From positions 1 to 44,048 of the forward strand of contig JBKBRF010000053.1 of assembly GCA_046292385.1 (NCBI GenBank): DNA of 44,048 nucleotides. The letters run 5' to 3'. Under the pieces are notes generated by a model that did not search any database, was not told where the DNA came from, and saw only the letters and a list, made by a program, of their open reading frames with translations. Made by a program: the position numbers and the translations under genes. This DNA is from Armatimonadota bacterium. Its GTDB lineage: Bacteria > Armatimonadota > SYMT01. This document shows, piece by piece, positions 17,842 through 26,935 of the stretch (the first letter of the stretch is position 1; the number at the start of each line of letters is the position of its first letter).

Positions 17842-20424
17842 ATGGCTGAACGTTACGACCCGAGAGAGATCGACCGCAAGTGGCAGCAGCGCTGGGAAGA
17901 GTCCGGCATCTACCAGGCGGATGAGGATCCCAACCGGCCCAAGTACTACGTGGTGACGATGTACCCGTATCCCAGCGGGGACCTCCACGTGGGCCACTGG
18001 TATCCGGTGACTCCCACCGACGCGCGCGCCCGCTTCATGCGGATGAAGGGCTACAACGTCCTCTTCCCGATGGGCTTCGACGCCTTCGGGCTGCCGGCGG
18101 AGAACGCCGCCATCCGGAACAACGTCCATCCTAAGATCTGGACCTACAACAACATCCGCCGGATGGAGGACCAGCTCCGCACCACCGGCGCCAGCTTCGA
18201 CTGGCGGCGCGAGATCATCACCTGCGACCCGGAGTACTACCGGTGGAACCAGTGGTTCTTCCTGCAGTTCTACCGCCGCGGGCTGGCCTACCGGAAGTTC
18301 GCGCCGGTCGACTGGTGCCCGAGCTGCAACACCACCCTGGCCCGGGAGCAGGTGCTGGGCGAGGAGCGCCGCTGCGAGCGCTGCAACGCCCAGGTGATCA
18401 AGAAAGACCTGAACCAGTGGTACTTCCGCATCACCAACTTCGCGGACGAGCTGCTGGACCTGGAGCGGCTCGACTGGCCGGAGAACATCAAGGCGCTGCA
18501 GCGGAACTGGATCGGCAAGAGCGAGGGGGCGGAGTTCGCCTTCCAGGTGAAGAGTACGGAGGAGAGCTTCCGGGTCTTCACCACGCGGCCGGACACGATC
18601 TACGGCGTCACCTTCTGCGTGCTGGCGCCGGAGCACCCACTGGTGAAGACGATCACCACGCCGGACCGGCAGGCCGAGGTGGACCAGTACGTCGCCCAGA
18701 CCGAGCGGCAGACGGAGATCGACCGCCTGAGTACGGAGAAGGAGCGCACCGGGGTCTTTACCGGCGCCTATGCGGTCCACCCGCTCACCGGCGCCGACGT
18801 GCCGATCTACCTCGGCGACTACGTCCTGATGACCTACGGCACCGGCGCCATCATGGCGGTGCCGGCCCACGACGAGCGCGACTTCGACTTCGCCCGCCGC
18901 TACGGGCTGGAGATCCCGGTCGTCATCGTGCCGCCGGATTGGGACGGCACCCCGCTCTCCGGCGCGTACAGTGGGCCGGGGGTGATGGTCAACTCCGGTC
19001 CGTTCGAGGGGCTGGACCACCAGGCCGGCAAGCAGGCGATCGTCGCGGAGCTGGAATCGCGGGGCATCGGCGGCGGCGCCGTCACCTACCGCCTGCGCGA
19101 CTGGCTGATCTCGCGACAGCGCATGTGGGGCACGCCGATCCCGATCGTCTACTGCGAGAAGTGCGGCCCGCAGCCGGTGCCGGACGACCAGCTCCCGGTC
19201 GTGCTGCCGGACGACGTGGAGTTCAAGCCGACCGGCGAGTCGCCGCTGCGCTTCCACCCGACGTTCCGGCATACCACCTGCCCGGAGTGCGGCGGTCCCG
19301 CCGAGCGTGAGACCGACACGATGGACACGTTCGTCGACTCGTCCTGGTACCAGTACCGCTATCTCTCCCCGCACGACGAGAAGCGCCCGTTCGATCCGGA
19401 GCCGGGGCAGTACTGGCTGCCGGTCGACCTGTACACCGGCGGCGCCGAGCACGCCACGATGCACCTGCTCTACTCCCGCTTCTTCCACAAGGTGATGCGG
19501 GACATGGGGATGTTCGACGAGCTGCGCCGGGCCCACCCGGAGCGGGAGTGGGACGAGCCGTTCCCGAAGCTCTTCAGCCAGGGCACCATCACCGCGTTCT
19601 CGTTCCGCGAGCAGACCGGCAAGTACCTCGGCTACGGCGACGTGGAGTTCGTGGGCGACCGCGGCGAGGCGATCCACAAAGAGACCCGCGAGCCGCTCAC
19701 CTCCGCCGCGGAGAAGATGTCGAAGAGCAAGCTCAACGTCGTCGCTCCGGACGACTACGTGAGCCAGTACGGCGCCGACGTGGTGCGGCTCTTCCTGATG
19801 TTCCTGGGACCCTGGGAGCAGGGCGGCGCGTGGAACCCGCGTGGGGTCGAAGGCGTGGTCCGGTTCCTCAACCGCGTGCGCACGCAGGTCGCCGAAACGG
19901 CGGGTGCCGCGGACGGAAACAACGACGCCGTCGAAGTACGGGAGCTGCAGCGGGCGGTCCACCAGACCCTGCGCAAGGTGACCGGCGACCTGGAGCGGTT
20001 CTCCTACAACACCGCCGTCGCGGCGCTGATGGAGCTGACGAACACGCTGCAGCGCCTGAGCCGCTCCCCCGCGGCCGGTACCTCCGCCTGGCGCGAGGGG
20101 CTGGAGTCGCTGGTGCTGATGCTCGCGCCGCTGGCGCCCCACACCGCGGAAGAGCTGTGGGAGCAGCTCGGCAACGAGTACAGCGTCCACCAGCAGCGCT
20201 GGCCGGAGTGGAGCGAAGCGCTTGCCGCGGAAGACGCGATCGAGATCGGCGTGCAGGTGAACGGCAAGCTGCGCGAGCGGATCACCGTTCCCGCCAACGC
20301 CGACGAGGCGACCGTCCGGGAGACCACCCTCGCCAGCGAGAAGATCCAGGCGGAGCTGGCCGGCAAGGAGTTGAAGAAGTTCATCTACGTGCCCGGCCGC
20401 CTGGTGAACATGGTCGTGAAGTAA
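17842..20424 (+). CDS. leuS: Leucine--tRNA ligase
   Basis: MYPYPSGDLHVGH, VFTTRPDT, GTGAIMAVPAHDERD, DWLISRQR and KMSKSK. Confidence 0.98.
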   Translation: MAERYDPREIDRKWQQRWEESGIYQADEDPNRPKYYVVTMYPYPSGDLHVGHWYPVTPTDARARFMRMKGYNVLFPMGFDAFGLPAENAAIRNNVHPKIWTYNNIRRMEDQLRTTGASFDWRREIITCDPEYYRWNQWFFLQFYRRGLAYRKFAPVDWCPSCNTTLAREQVLGEERRCERCNAQVIKKDLNQWYFRITNFADELLDLERLDWPENIKALQRNWIGKSEGAEFAFQVKSTEESFRVFTTRPDTIYGVTFCVLAPEHPLVKTITTPDRQAEVDQYVAQTERQTEIDRLSTEKERTGVFTGAYAVHPLTGADVPIYLGDYVLMTYGTGAIMAVPAHDERDFDFARRYGLEIPVVIVPPDWDGTPLSGAYSGPGVMVNSGPFEGLDHQAGKQAIVAELESRGIGGGAVTYRLRDWLISRQRMWGTPIPIVYCEKCGPQPVPDDQLPVVLPDDVEFKPTGESPLRFHPTFRHTTCPECGGPAERETDTMDTFVDSSWYQYRYLSPHDEKRPFDPEPGQYWLPVDLYTGGAEHATMHLLYSRFFHKVMRDMGMFDELRRAHPEREWDEPFPKLFSQGTITAFSFREQTGKYLGYGDVEFVGDRGEAIHKETREPLTSAAEKMSKSKLNVVAPDDYVSQYGADVVRLFLMFLGPWEQGGAWNPRGVEGVVRFLNRVRTQVAETAGAADGNNDAVEVRELQRAVHQTLRKVTGDLERFSYNTAVAALMELTNTLQRLSRSPAAGTSAWREGLESLVLMLAPLAPHTAEELWEQLGNEYSVHQQRWPEWSEALAAEDAIEIGVQVNGKLRERITVPANADEATVRETTLASEKIQAELAGKELKKFIYVPGRLVNMVVK

Positions 20425-20602
20425 GCGGGGCCGGGGAGGGGCCGCGGCGCGCCATCCGCGCCCTCCCCGGGGCTCGTCCCGGAATCGACTTCACCACGCG
20501 TCGGCCAGGAGATCCTGGTCTCCTGTGACATGGGACGGTTCCGATCACGTCGCTGTTCGGGATCCGCACCTGCTTGTCGGCGCCAGCGTCCGGAGGAAGT
20601 CT

Positions 20603-21204
20603 ATGCCTGCGAAACCCGTGCTTCCCGGCTATGAGGACCTCTTACTGGAATTGAAAGCGCGCATCGCCGCTGGCACGGCCAACGGCCGAACACCCCCGAA
20701 GAAACGGGATGGTCGCCCCATCGATCATGGTCCTCCACTCCGATCAAGGTACCTTTCACCGAGTTTGTCATCCTGAGCCGCAGGCACGGCCGAGGGCCGG
20801 CCACGCCCGAAGAAACGATCCGTAGCCCTGACGACCGCCCGACGGCTTTCCGCTTGACCCGCCACTCACCGTAAGCAGTCATTCTGAACGCAGTGAAGAA
20901 TCTCGGCAGCCGTACTGGTCCGGAGTACGCAGAAGGCGTGACGAGGAGTCGGCCTGGCGGGGTGCTCCCGAATGCGGGTGCTGACCGTATCTCCGGAGAG
21001 CCGAGCGACGTAGTTCCTTCACTGCGTTCAGGATGACTGGGGTGGGTACTCGAGCGCGGCCGTACGTTTCCCGCGTCTCCGGCGGTACAGGGGTTTTCCG
21101 CTCGCAACCTCTATCGAACGCGCGCACTGTATCTGGCCTATACGGACGAGGCTGACTTTCTGACACACCCTGTGTCACTGATTCCGCAGCCGGAACCACT
21201 GTAA
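20603..21204 (+). pseudogene. Fragmented DUF1016/YhcG (PDDEXK nuclease family) gene
   Basis: From 20603 (after GGAGG): MPAKPVLPGYEDLLLELKARI, like the YhcG N-terminus. 21079-21204: PAVQGFSARNLYRTRALYLAYTDEADFLTHPVSLIP, like GFSxRNLxxMRxFYxxY. The pieces are separated by repeat DNA. Confidence 0.65.
20878..21037. repeat. REP-like inverted-repeat element (GTCATYCTGAACGCAGTGAAG arms)
   Basis: The left arm at 20878 and the right arm CTTCACTGCGTTCAGGATGAC ending at 21037 pair at 20/21 nt. A partial copy GTCATCCTGAGC lies at 20767. Confidence 0.8.
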
Positions 21205-21222
21205 AGGACGAATGACCGTGCC

Positions 21223-21276
21223 CGCCGCGCCTCACCGGGTCGGAGAGCTCCGGCTACCGCCCCGGTGAGGCGCGGC
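21223..21276. terminator. GC-rich hairpin downstream of the RodA-PBP fusion
   Basis: GCCGCGCCTCACCGGG...CCCGGTGAGGCGCGGC perfect stem. Confidence 0.55.
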
Positions 21277-21293
21277 AGCCGGGTTTCGCGCGG

Positions 21294-24200
21294 CTACGGC
21301 TTCTTCTCGTCTCCGGTGGGGAGGCCGAAGTGTTTCGCGATCAGCTTCTGGGCAATCGGGGCGGCGACCTTACCACCCTGACCGGCGCCTTCGACGATCA
21401 CTGCCACGGCGAGCTTCGGGTCCTTGACGGGCGCCAGGCTGATGAACCAGGCGTGGTCTTCGCCGTGCGGGTTCTCCGCGGTGCCGGTCTTACCGCCGAT
21501 CTGGATCTGCTCCATCCGCGCGCGGCCGCCGGTGCCTCGCTCCACCACGGAGGCCATCATCTGGCGCACGGCCCGCGCGGCCTTCTCATCTACGGCGCGC
21601 TGCCACGGCTCCGGCTTCGTCTGGTGATAGGGCACTCCTTCCGGCGTCTCGTAATCCCGGATCGTGTACGGCTTCATCACCACGCCGTCATTTCCGATTG
21701 CCGCGGCCACCAGCGCCATCTGGAGCGGGGTCACCGCCAGCGGTCCCTGGCCGAAGCCGAGCTGCACCGGGATGGAGCGCCACGGCCGCGGGTCGGGCGC
21801 CAGCAGGCCGGCGCTGGTGGGAGTCGACATCGGGGGGGCGACGCCGATGCCGAACTTCTTCGCGCCTTCGACGAGCCGCTCGCGGCCGAGCCGGTAGCCG
21901 ATCTTACCGAAGGTCACGTTACAGGAGACCCGCAGCGCGTCGTGCAGATTCAGCCGTCCGTGCGCCTTGCCCCCAAAGCAGCGCCAGGTATAGCTGCCGA
22001 TGCTGGCTGCGCCGGGACAGTAGAACGTCTCGTCCGGCTTCACCTCTCCACTATCCAGCGCGATTGCCGCGGTCACCACCTTGAAGGTGGAGCCCGGCGG
22101 ATAGACTCCCTGCGTCGCGCGGAAGAGAAGTGGCTTACCTGGGTGCGTGGTCAGCTCTTCCCAGCGCTCTTCCGCCCGGTGGAGCGAATACCGAGGGTTG
22201 CTCACCATCGCCCGGACGGCGCCGGTGCGCGGATCGAGCGCTACGATCGAGCCCCGGCGCGAGCCGAGCAACTCGGCCGCGTATTTCTGCAGTGGCAGGT
22301 TGATCGTGAGGCGGACGTTGTCGCCCGGAATGCCCGCTTCCTCGCGTTTCAGCGCCTCCGAGAGGCTGTCGGCACGCTCGATGCCGATCAGTGCCGCGTC
22401 GGCTTCCCCCTCTACTCCCGTCTTTCCATGCCGCAGCGTGCTGTAGCCCAGGATTTGTGAAACCAGGCTGGAGTGAGGAAGGCGCCGCACGTACTTCCCG
22501 TCCTTGCGGATTGTCTCCGCGAGCGTCTCCCCGTGGATCGAGAGGATCTTGCCGCGCTCGATTTCGTTTGCCACCAGCCGGAGGCGTGGATTGTGCTGAT
22601 CCGCCGCCAGCACTTTGCTCTCATTCACCTGCCAGTAGGCGAGCATGCCTCCCAGCGCGAGGATGCCCGCAAAGGCGGTGGCGATGACCCACCGTACCTG
22701 CCGCTTCCAGGAGTAGCTCGGCACGCGGGCGGCACTCCGCACCCTCGGCGCGGCCGGAGAGGCGCTGATGCCGACGAGCATCCCGATCAGCGCCAGGTTG
22801 GTCACGAGCGACGAGCCGCCGAAGCTGATGAACGGGAGTGTCACCCCGGTGAGCGGCAGCAGGCGCACCACGCCGCCGACGATTACGAGGGTCTGCAGCG
22901 CGAGCACGGTGCTGAGCCCCGCGGAGAGCAGCCCGAGGAAGTCGTCATCGGCGCGCGCCGCCGCGCGGTAGCCGCGGGCGATGACGAGCCCGATCAGCGA
23001 CAGCACCGCCAGCGTGCCGATCAGGCCCAGCTCCTCGCCGATCACCACGATCGGGAGGTCGGTGTGGGCCGCCGGCACCAGGTGCGGGAAGCCGTGTCCC
23101 AGGCCGAGGCCCTGCAGGCCGCCGGCGCCGAGCGCGAAGAGACCCTGGCTGATCTGGTAGCCGAGTCCCTGCGGATCCTGCCACGGATCGAGCCAGAGCG
23201 TCACCCGCTCCCGGACGCGGTCGAACGCCGCCGCGCTCAAGACCGCCCCGAACGCGAAGGCGCCGAGGCTCATGATCACGAAGATGAACCGGCCGCTCGC
23301 CATGCCGACGAACGCGACGAAGAGGCCGAAGAAGAGCAGGGCGGTGCCGAGGTCGCGCTGGACGATCAACAGCGCCAGCGCCACGCCCCACGCCACGACC
23401 ATCGGACCCATGTAGCGGACGTCGGAACGGGTCAGCGCCCAGCTCCGGCCAGAGCGGGCCACCAGCTCCTGACGCTCACTGAGCAGTCCCGCCAGGAAGA
23501 CCGCAAGCAGCAGCTTGGCCGGCTCCGCAGGCTGGAACTGGAAACCGAACGTGGAGACCGCCAGGCGCTGGTCGCCGACCGTGTGCCCCACGAAAAGCGT
23601 GGCGATCAGCAGCGCCAGGCCCCCCACGAGACAGAGGTATCGGTAGCGGCCGATCCGATGCAGCGGCAGCAGCGCCATCAGCGTCAGCGCGCCCAGCCCC
23701 AGCGCGCACGCCAGCGCCTGCCGGGTGTAGAGCTCCGGCTGGGCGCGGAGCACCACCGTCAGGCCGATCCCGGTGAGCGCCAGCGCCACCGGCACCAGGA
23801 TCGGGTCGAAGACTCCGCGCCGCAGACGGATCAGTCCCGTCGCCGCCCAGGAGCCCGCCACGAGTGCCAGCGTCCAGAAGTGAACCACCTCTGCGGGCGG
23901 CCGCACGGTGGCGTTCGTAGCGCCCCATGCCGCCCACTGGGCAAAGATGAAGAGTGCGCTGGAGAGCGCCAGCAGCAGCGCGACCCAGACGTGGGGACGC
24001 CACGTCGACTGTGTCCGCTGGTGGAAGCGGAAGCACTGTGCTCCGATCTCGAGCAAGTCGCCGTCCCGCAGCGACGACCGGCCGGAGATCTGCCGGCCGT
24101 TCACCCGCACGCCCGTGGCGGTGTGCAGGTCGTCCACCCAGTACCGCCCCTCGGCGGCGGAGATGACGGCGTGGCGGCGGGCGATCGAGTGTCCGGAAAG

Positions 24201-24470
24201 CCGGACCGCGGCATCCTCGCCGCGGCCGATCAGGACATCGTGCCCGTTGAACGGAAACTTCTCACCCGCGGGCAGGCTTCCCCCCGGAAGCGCCCGCAGC
24301 TCGCCGGCCATGGCGCCGCCGCGTCGCCGGCGGCGGAACCACGACCAGCCCAAGTAGAAGATGCAGAGCCCGATCAGGAGCCACAGACCGATCTGCAGCG
24401 CCTTCGTGTCCGGCGGCATCACCCGCTCCAGCCACGCCTCCGCCCCGCGAAACAGACCCCAGTCTCCCAT
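21294..24470 (-). CDS. FHA + FtsW/RodA (SEDS) + class B penicillin-binding transpeptidase fusion
   Basis: N-terminal TM and FHA (LIGR...RRHA...VNG...LRDGDLLEIG); SEDS motifs FQPAEPAK, QRDLGTAL, GYQISQG, AHTDL, EELG and LPFISFGGSS; transpeptidase STFK, SCN and KTGT, all in one ORF. Confidence 0.9.
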   Translation of the reverse strand: MGDWGLFRGAEAWLERVMPPDTKALQIGLWLLIGLCIFYLGWSWFRRRRRGGAMAGELRALPGGSLPAGEKFPFNGHDVLIGRGEDAAVRLSGHSIARRHAVISAAEGRYWVDDLHTATGVRVNGRQISGRSSLRDGDLLEIGAQCFRFHQRTQSTWRPHVWVALLLALSSALFIFAQWAAWGATNATVRPPAEVVHFWTLALVAGSWAATGLIRLRRGVFDPILVPVALALTGIGLTVVLRAQPELYTRQALACALGLGALTLMALLPLHRIGRYRYLCLVGGLALLIATLFVGHTVGDQRLAVSTFGFQFQPAEPAKLLLAVFLAGLLSERQELVARSGRSWALTRSDVRYMGPMVVAWGVALALLIVQRDLGTALLFFGLFVAFVGMASGRFIFVIMSLGAFAFGAVLSAAAFDRVRERVTLWLDPWQDPQGLGYQISQGLFALGAGGLQGLGLGHGFPHLVPAAHTDLPIVVIGEELGLIGTLAVLSLIGLVIARGYRAAARADDDFLGLLSAGLSTVLALQTLVIVGGVVRLLPLTGVTLPFISFGGSSLVTNLALIGMLVGISASPAAPRVRSAARVPSYSWKRQVRWVIATAFAGILALGGMLAYWQVNESKVLAADQHNPRLRLVANEIERGKILSIHGETLAETIRKDGKYVRRLPHSSLVSQILGYSTLRHGKTGVEGEADAALIGIERADSLSEALKREEAGIPGDNVRLTINLPLQKYAAELLGSRRGSIVALDPRTGAVRAMVSNPRYSLHRAEERWEELTTHPGKPLLFRATQGVYPPGSTFKVVTAAIALDSGEVKPDETFYCPGAASIGSYTWRCFGGKAHGRLNLHDALRVSCNVTFGKIGYRLGRERLVEGAKKFGIGVAPPMSTPTSAGLLAPDPRPWRSIPVQLGFGQGPLAVTPLQMALVAAAIGNDGVVMKPYTIRDYETPEGVPYHQTKPEPWQRAVDEKAARAVRQMMASVVERGTGGRARMEQIQIGGKTGTAENPHGEDHAWFISLAPVKDPKLAVAVIVEGAGQGGKVAAPIAQKLIAKHFGLPTGDEKKP

Positions 24471-25192
24471 TAGCCCGCGAGCTCCTCATCCTGAAGATGG
24501 ACCCGGAAGACGCTGTCCCCCACGCGCAGAATGTCCCCGTCGCGCACGACGCCGTCGTGCCGCGTCAGGCCGTTCACCTGCGGCGGAGGACCGCCGTTGA
24601 GGTTCTCGAGTCGCCAGAACCCGTGGTCCGGCTCCAAAGCGACGTGCTTCGGAGAGACCTGCGGGTCCTCGAGCTGGATCTCGCACGCCTCGCTATTCCC
24701 AAGCAGCGTCCGGCGCGCGTAGAGCGGCAGGTCGCGCCCCGCGTCGGGCCCCTCCAGCCCTTCCAGCATCCCGACCGCCGCGGGCGGGAGCTCTGCCTTG
24801 AGGGCGAGCGGCTCGTCCGTGTTCTTCACCGCGTCCATCGAGGTGGAGATGCGCACCCGCCCTCGCCGCACCCGGTCCTGCGCGGTCAGCTCCACCTGGA
24901 TCGGCCCGCTTACGGAGTAGTCGCGCTCCAGCACCCACTCGCCGACGAACCGCCGGAACTCGGCCTCGAGCTCCGGCGCCACCGCCTGGAACGCGGCCAT
25001 GTCCTCCGGGTGCAGCCCGACGACAAAGCGGTTCGGCACGTAGACGCGGTTCAGGCTGATGATCTTGTCCTCTTCGGCCTGTCGAGTCAGCTGACGCGCG
25101 ATCTCCAGCGGCTGGATCTTTCCCCGCAAGATGATTCCGAAGAAGCCGTCGAAGGCTCCCTCGACGACTGATTCAAGACGGTCTAGTACCAC
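24470..25192 (-). CDS. FhaA-like protein (DUF3662 + FHA)
   Basis: LESVVEGAF...IQPLEIARQLTRQAE...VYVPNRFVVGLHPED, plus a C-terminal FHA. GTG start with GGAGG; TAATG overlap with the next gene. Confidence 0.85.
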   Translation of the reverse strand: MVLDRLESVVEGAFDGFFGIILRGKIQPLEIARQLTRQAEEDKIISLNRVYVPNRFVVGLHPEDMAAFQAVAPELEAEFRRFVGEWVLERDYSVSGPIQVELTAQDRVRRGRVRISTSMDAVKNTDEPLALKAELPPAAVGMLEGLEGPDAGRDLPLYARRTLLGNSEACEIQLEDPQVSPKHVALEPDHGFWRLENLNGGPPPQVNGLTRHDGVVRDGDILRVGDSVFRVHLQDEELAG

Positions 25193-25294
25193 GCTGCTGC
25201 CTCCAAATCGCCACCCCCCACACGGCGCGTTCGTTTGGTTATCCCCAGAACGGAGCGCGACCCTACATGACCGGTGAAAGAAGCTCCGGAACAT

Positions 25295-25332
25295 AAAAAG
25301 AGGAGCCCACGGCTGATTGCCGTGGGCTCCTC
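25295..25332 (-). terminator. Rho-independent terminator after the aldolase gene
   Basis: GAGGAGCCCACGGC-N5-GCCGTGGGCTCCTC with an A-tract on the left (U-tract on the minus strand). Confidence 0.75.
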
Positions 25333-25377
25333 GATTCTGCGGCCGCGCTGCAGGCAGCGTTTGCCTGGCGGGACAGA

Positions 25378-26145
25378 TCAGGCGACGCCGATCTGCTTCT
25401 CGCGGTACTTCTCGTCGGGGCGGGTGTAGATCCGGTCGACATTCTCCTGCGAGAGGAAGCTCGGTCCGCCGAGGGCGTAGGTGCCGAGGATCACTCGCGC
25501 CGTCTTGACGTACATCGCCGTGGCGCTTTCTACTTCGCCCGGAGTCTTGCCGAGCGCGATCAGCCCGTGGTTCTGCATCAGGATGATTCGCGGCGGCGCG
25601 TTGTACCGGTCGATGTACGCCTCCACCCGGCTCCGCAGCTCGCGGGCCAGCGGCTGGCCGGGATCGGTGTACGGCACCCAGGCGGGCGCGGGACCGCAGC
25701 AGACGATCTCGTCCGGAAAGAGCCGCCCGGAGACCGCCTCTTCCCCCAGGCGGGAGCAGAGGATCGCGTTCACCGGCGTCGGGTGCGTGTGACCGACCCA
25801 GTTGATCCCGGGCAGGGAGAGCAGGTAGGCGTGGAAGAGCGTCTCCACGGAGGGGCGGATCGGGCTGAGGGTATCGACCCGCGCCGCCAGCATCCCGTCG
25901 CGGATCTCGTCGTCGGTCACGCTCGGCCGCGCGAGCAGCTCCAGGATCGGCTCCCGCCGCACGCGCACGAAGCCCGGCTCCGAGATGTCTCGCAGCGAGA
26001 CGCCGGAGGCCTTGACATAGAACGTGCCGGCGTCGACCCCGACGGAGGTGTTCCCCTCCCCCAGGATGGCATAGTCCAGCGCGGGGTCGCCGAGGCGGCG
26101 ACTCATCGTCACCAGTTGCTGAAGAGTGTCCTGAATCGCGGGCAT
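25378..26145 (-). CDS. Class II aldolase/adducin family protein (sugar-phosphate aldolase-like)
   Basis: GEGNTS, KASG, PSVETLFH, HTH and QNHGL metal-binding motifs. Confidence 0.87.
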   Translation of the reverse strand: MPAIQDTLQQLVTMSRRLGDPALDYAILGEGNTSVGVDAGTFYVKASGVSLRDISEPGFVRVRREPILELLARPSVTDDEIRDGMLAARVDTLSPIRPSVETLFHAYLLSLPGINWVGHTHPTPVNAILCSRLGEEAVSGRLFPDEIVCCGPAPAWVPYTDPGQPLARELRSRVEAYIDRYNAPPRIILMQNHGLIALGKTPGEVESATAMYVKTARVILGTYALGGPSFLSQENVDRIYTRPDEKYREKQIGVA

Positions 26146-26182
26146 ATTCGTTATCCGTGCGGCCTGAACCAGAGAACGCACC

Positions 26183-26264
26183 GTTGCAGGTTGCAGGTTG
26201 GCAGGTTTCAAGCTCCGCACCCGGCCTGCGGTGCGGCCAACCTGTAACCTGCAACCTGCCAACC
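26183..26264. repeat. Inverted array of GTTGCAG heptamers
   Basis: GTTGCAGGTTGCAGGTTGGCAGGTT ... CAACCTGTAACCTGCAACCTGCCAACC. Confidence 0.7.
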
Positions 26265-26401
26265 AGGTCTCCCGTCGATCGGCAGCGGCTTGCGGCAGTC
26301 GGCGGGAGAAAGGGTTATCCTACAAGAGACTGGGGGTGCCGGCTCCGAGGGCAGTTTATCACGCGCCGCGCTCCTCCCCTCCGGCAGGAGACTTTCGCCC
26401 G

Positions 26402-26728
26402 ATGCCGTTCTTCGACCTCGACCAGCAGCCCACCCGCGAGATCTTTCCCGGGGTCACGATTACGACCGCCTGGGGCGATCAGGTCATGCTCTCGTTCGTC
26501 CAGTTCGACCGCGCCGACGCCCTGGTGCCGGAGCACCAGCACCCGCACGAGCAGATGGGGATCGGCCTCGAAGGAGAGTTCGAGCTGGTTATTGAGGGGG
26601 AAGGACGCATCATCCGGCAGGGCGACAGCTACTGGGTTCCCGGCGGCGCCCGCCACAGCGCCCGCAGCGTCAACGGTCCCGCCCGCGCCCTCGACATCTT
26701 TCATCCGGTCCGGGAGGACTATAAGTGA
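26402..26728 (+). CDS. Cupin domain protein (KdgF-like)
   Basis: PEHQHPHEQMG...GEFEL...GDSYWVPGGARHS, ALDIFHPVREDY; AGGAG RBS. Confidence 0.88.
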   Translation: MPFFDLDQQPTREIFPGVTITTAWGDQVMLSFVQFDRADALVPEHQHPHEQMGIGLEGEFELVIEGEGRIIRQGDSYWVPGGARHSARSVNGPARALDIFHPVREDYK

Positions 26729-26730
26729 GT

Positions 26731-26884
26731 CGTATTCCGTAGCGCGTATTACGTAGCGGATTGCCTGTCCCGCGGCACCAAGACGTCCTGCCGAGCGAGA
26801 CGCCGGATTCAAGCCTTTCGCCCGGCACGATCTACCGCAAAGCGCGTGCAGCGAGCCGCTACGCAATACGCACTACGGAATACG
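26731..26884. repeat. Composite palindromic element, copy A
   Basis: Outer arms CGTATTCCGTAGCGCGTATTACGTAGCGG / CCGCTACGCAATACGCACTACGGAATACG; inner CGTCCTGCCGAGCGA...TCGCCCGGCACGA. Confidence 0.8.
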
Positions 26885-26935
26885 CCCCCAGCGTCGAAGC
26901 CGCGCGGTAAACGCCCGGCAGCTACCATACCGAAT

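Noticed and set aside
21154..21171. GACTTTCTGACACACCCT as an IS terminal repeat
   Set aside because: Better explained as coding sequence within the DUF1016 fragment; no partner end was found.
25193..26254. 5' extension of the 594-aa ORF 24470-26254
   Set aside because: It overlaps the aldolase in another frame and crosses a terminator; FhaA similarity starts at 25192.
26731..26884. CRISPR array interpretation of the repeat clusters
   Set aside because: These are inverted heptamer arrays, not direct repeats with regular unique spacers, and there are no cas genes.
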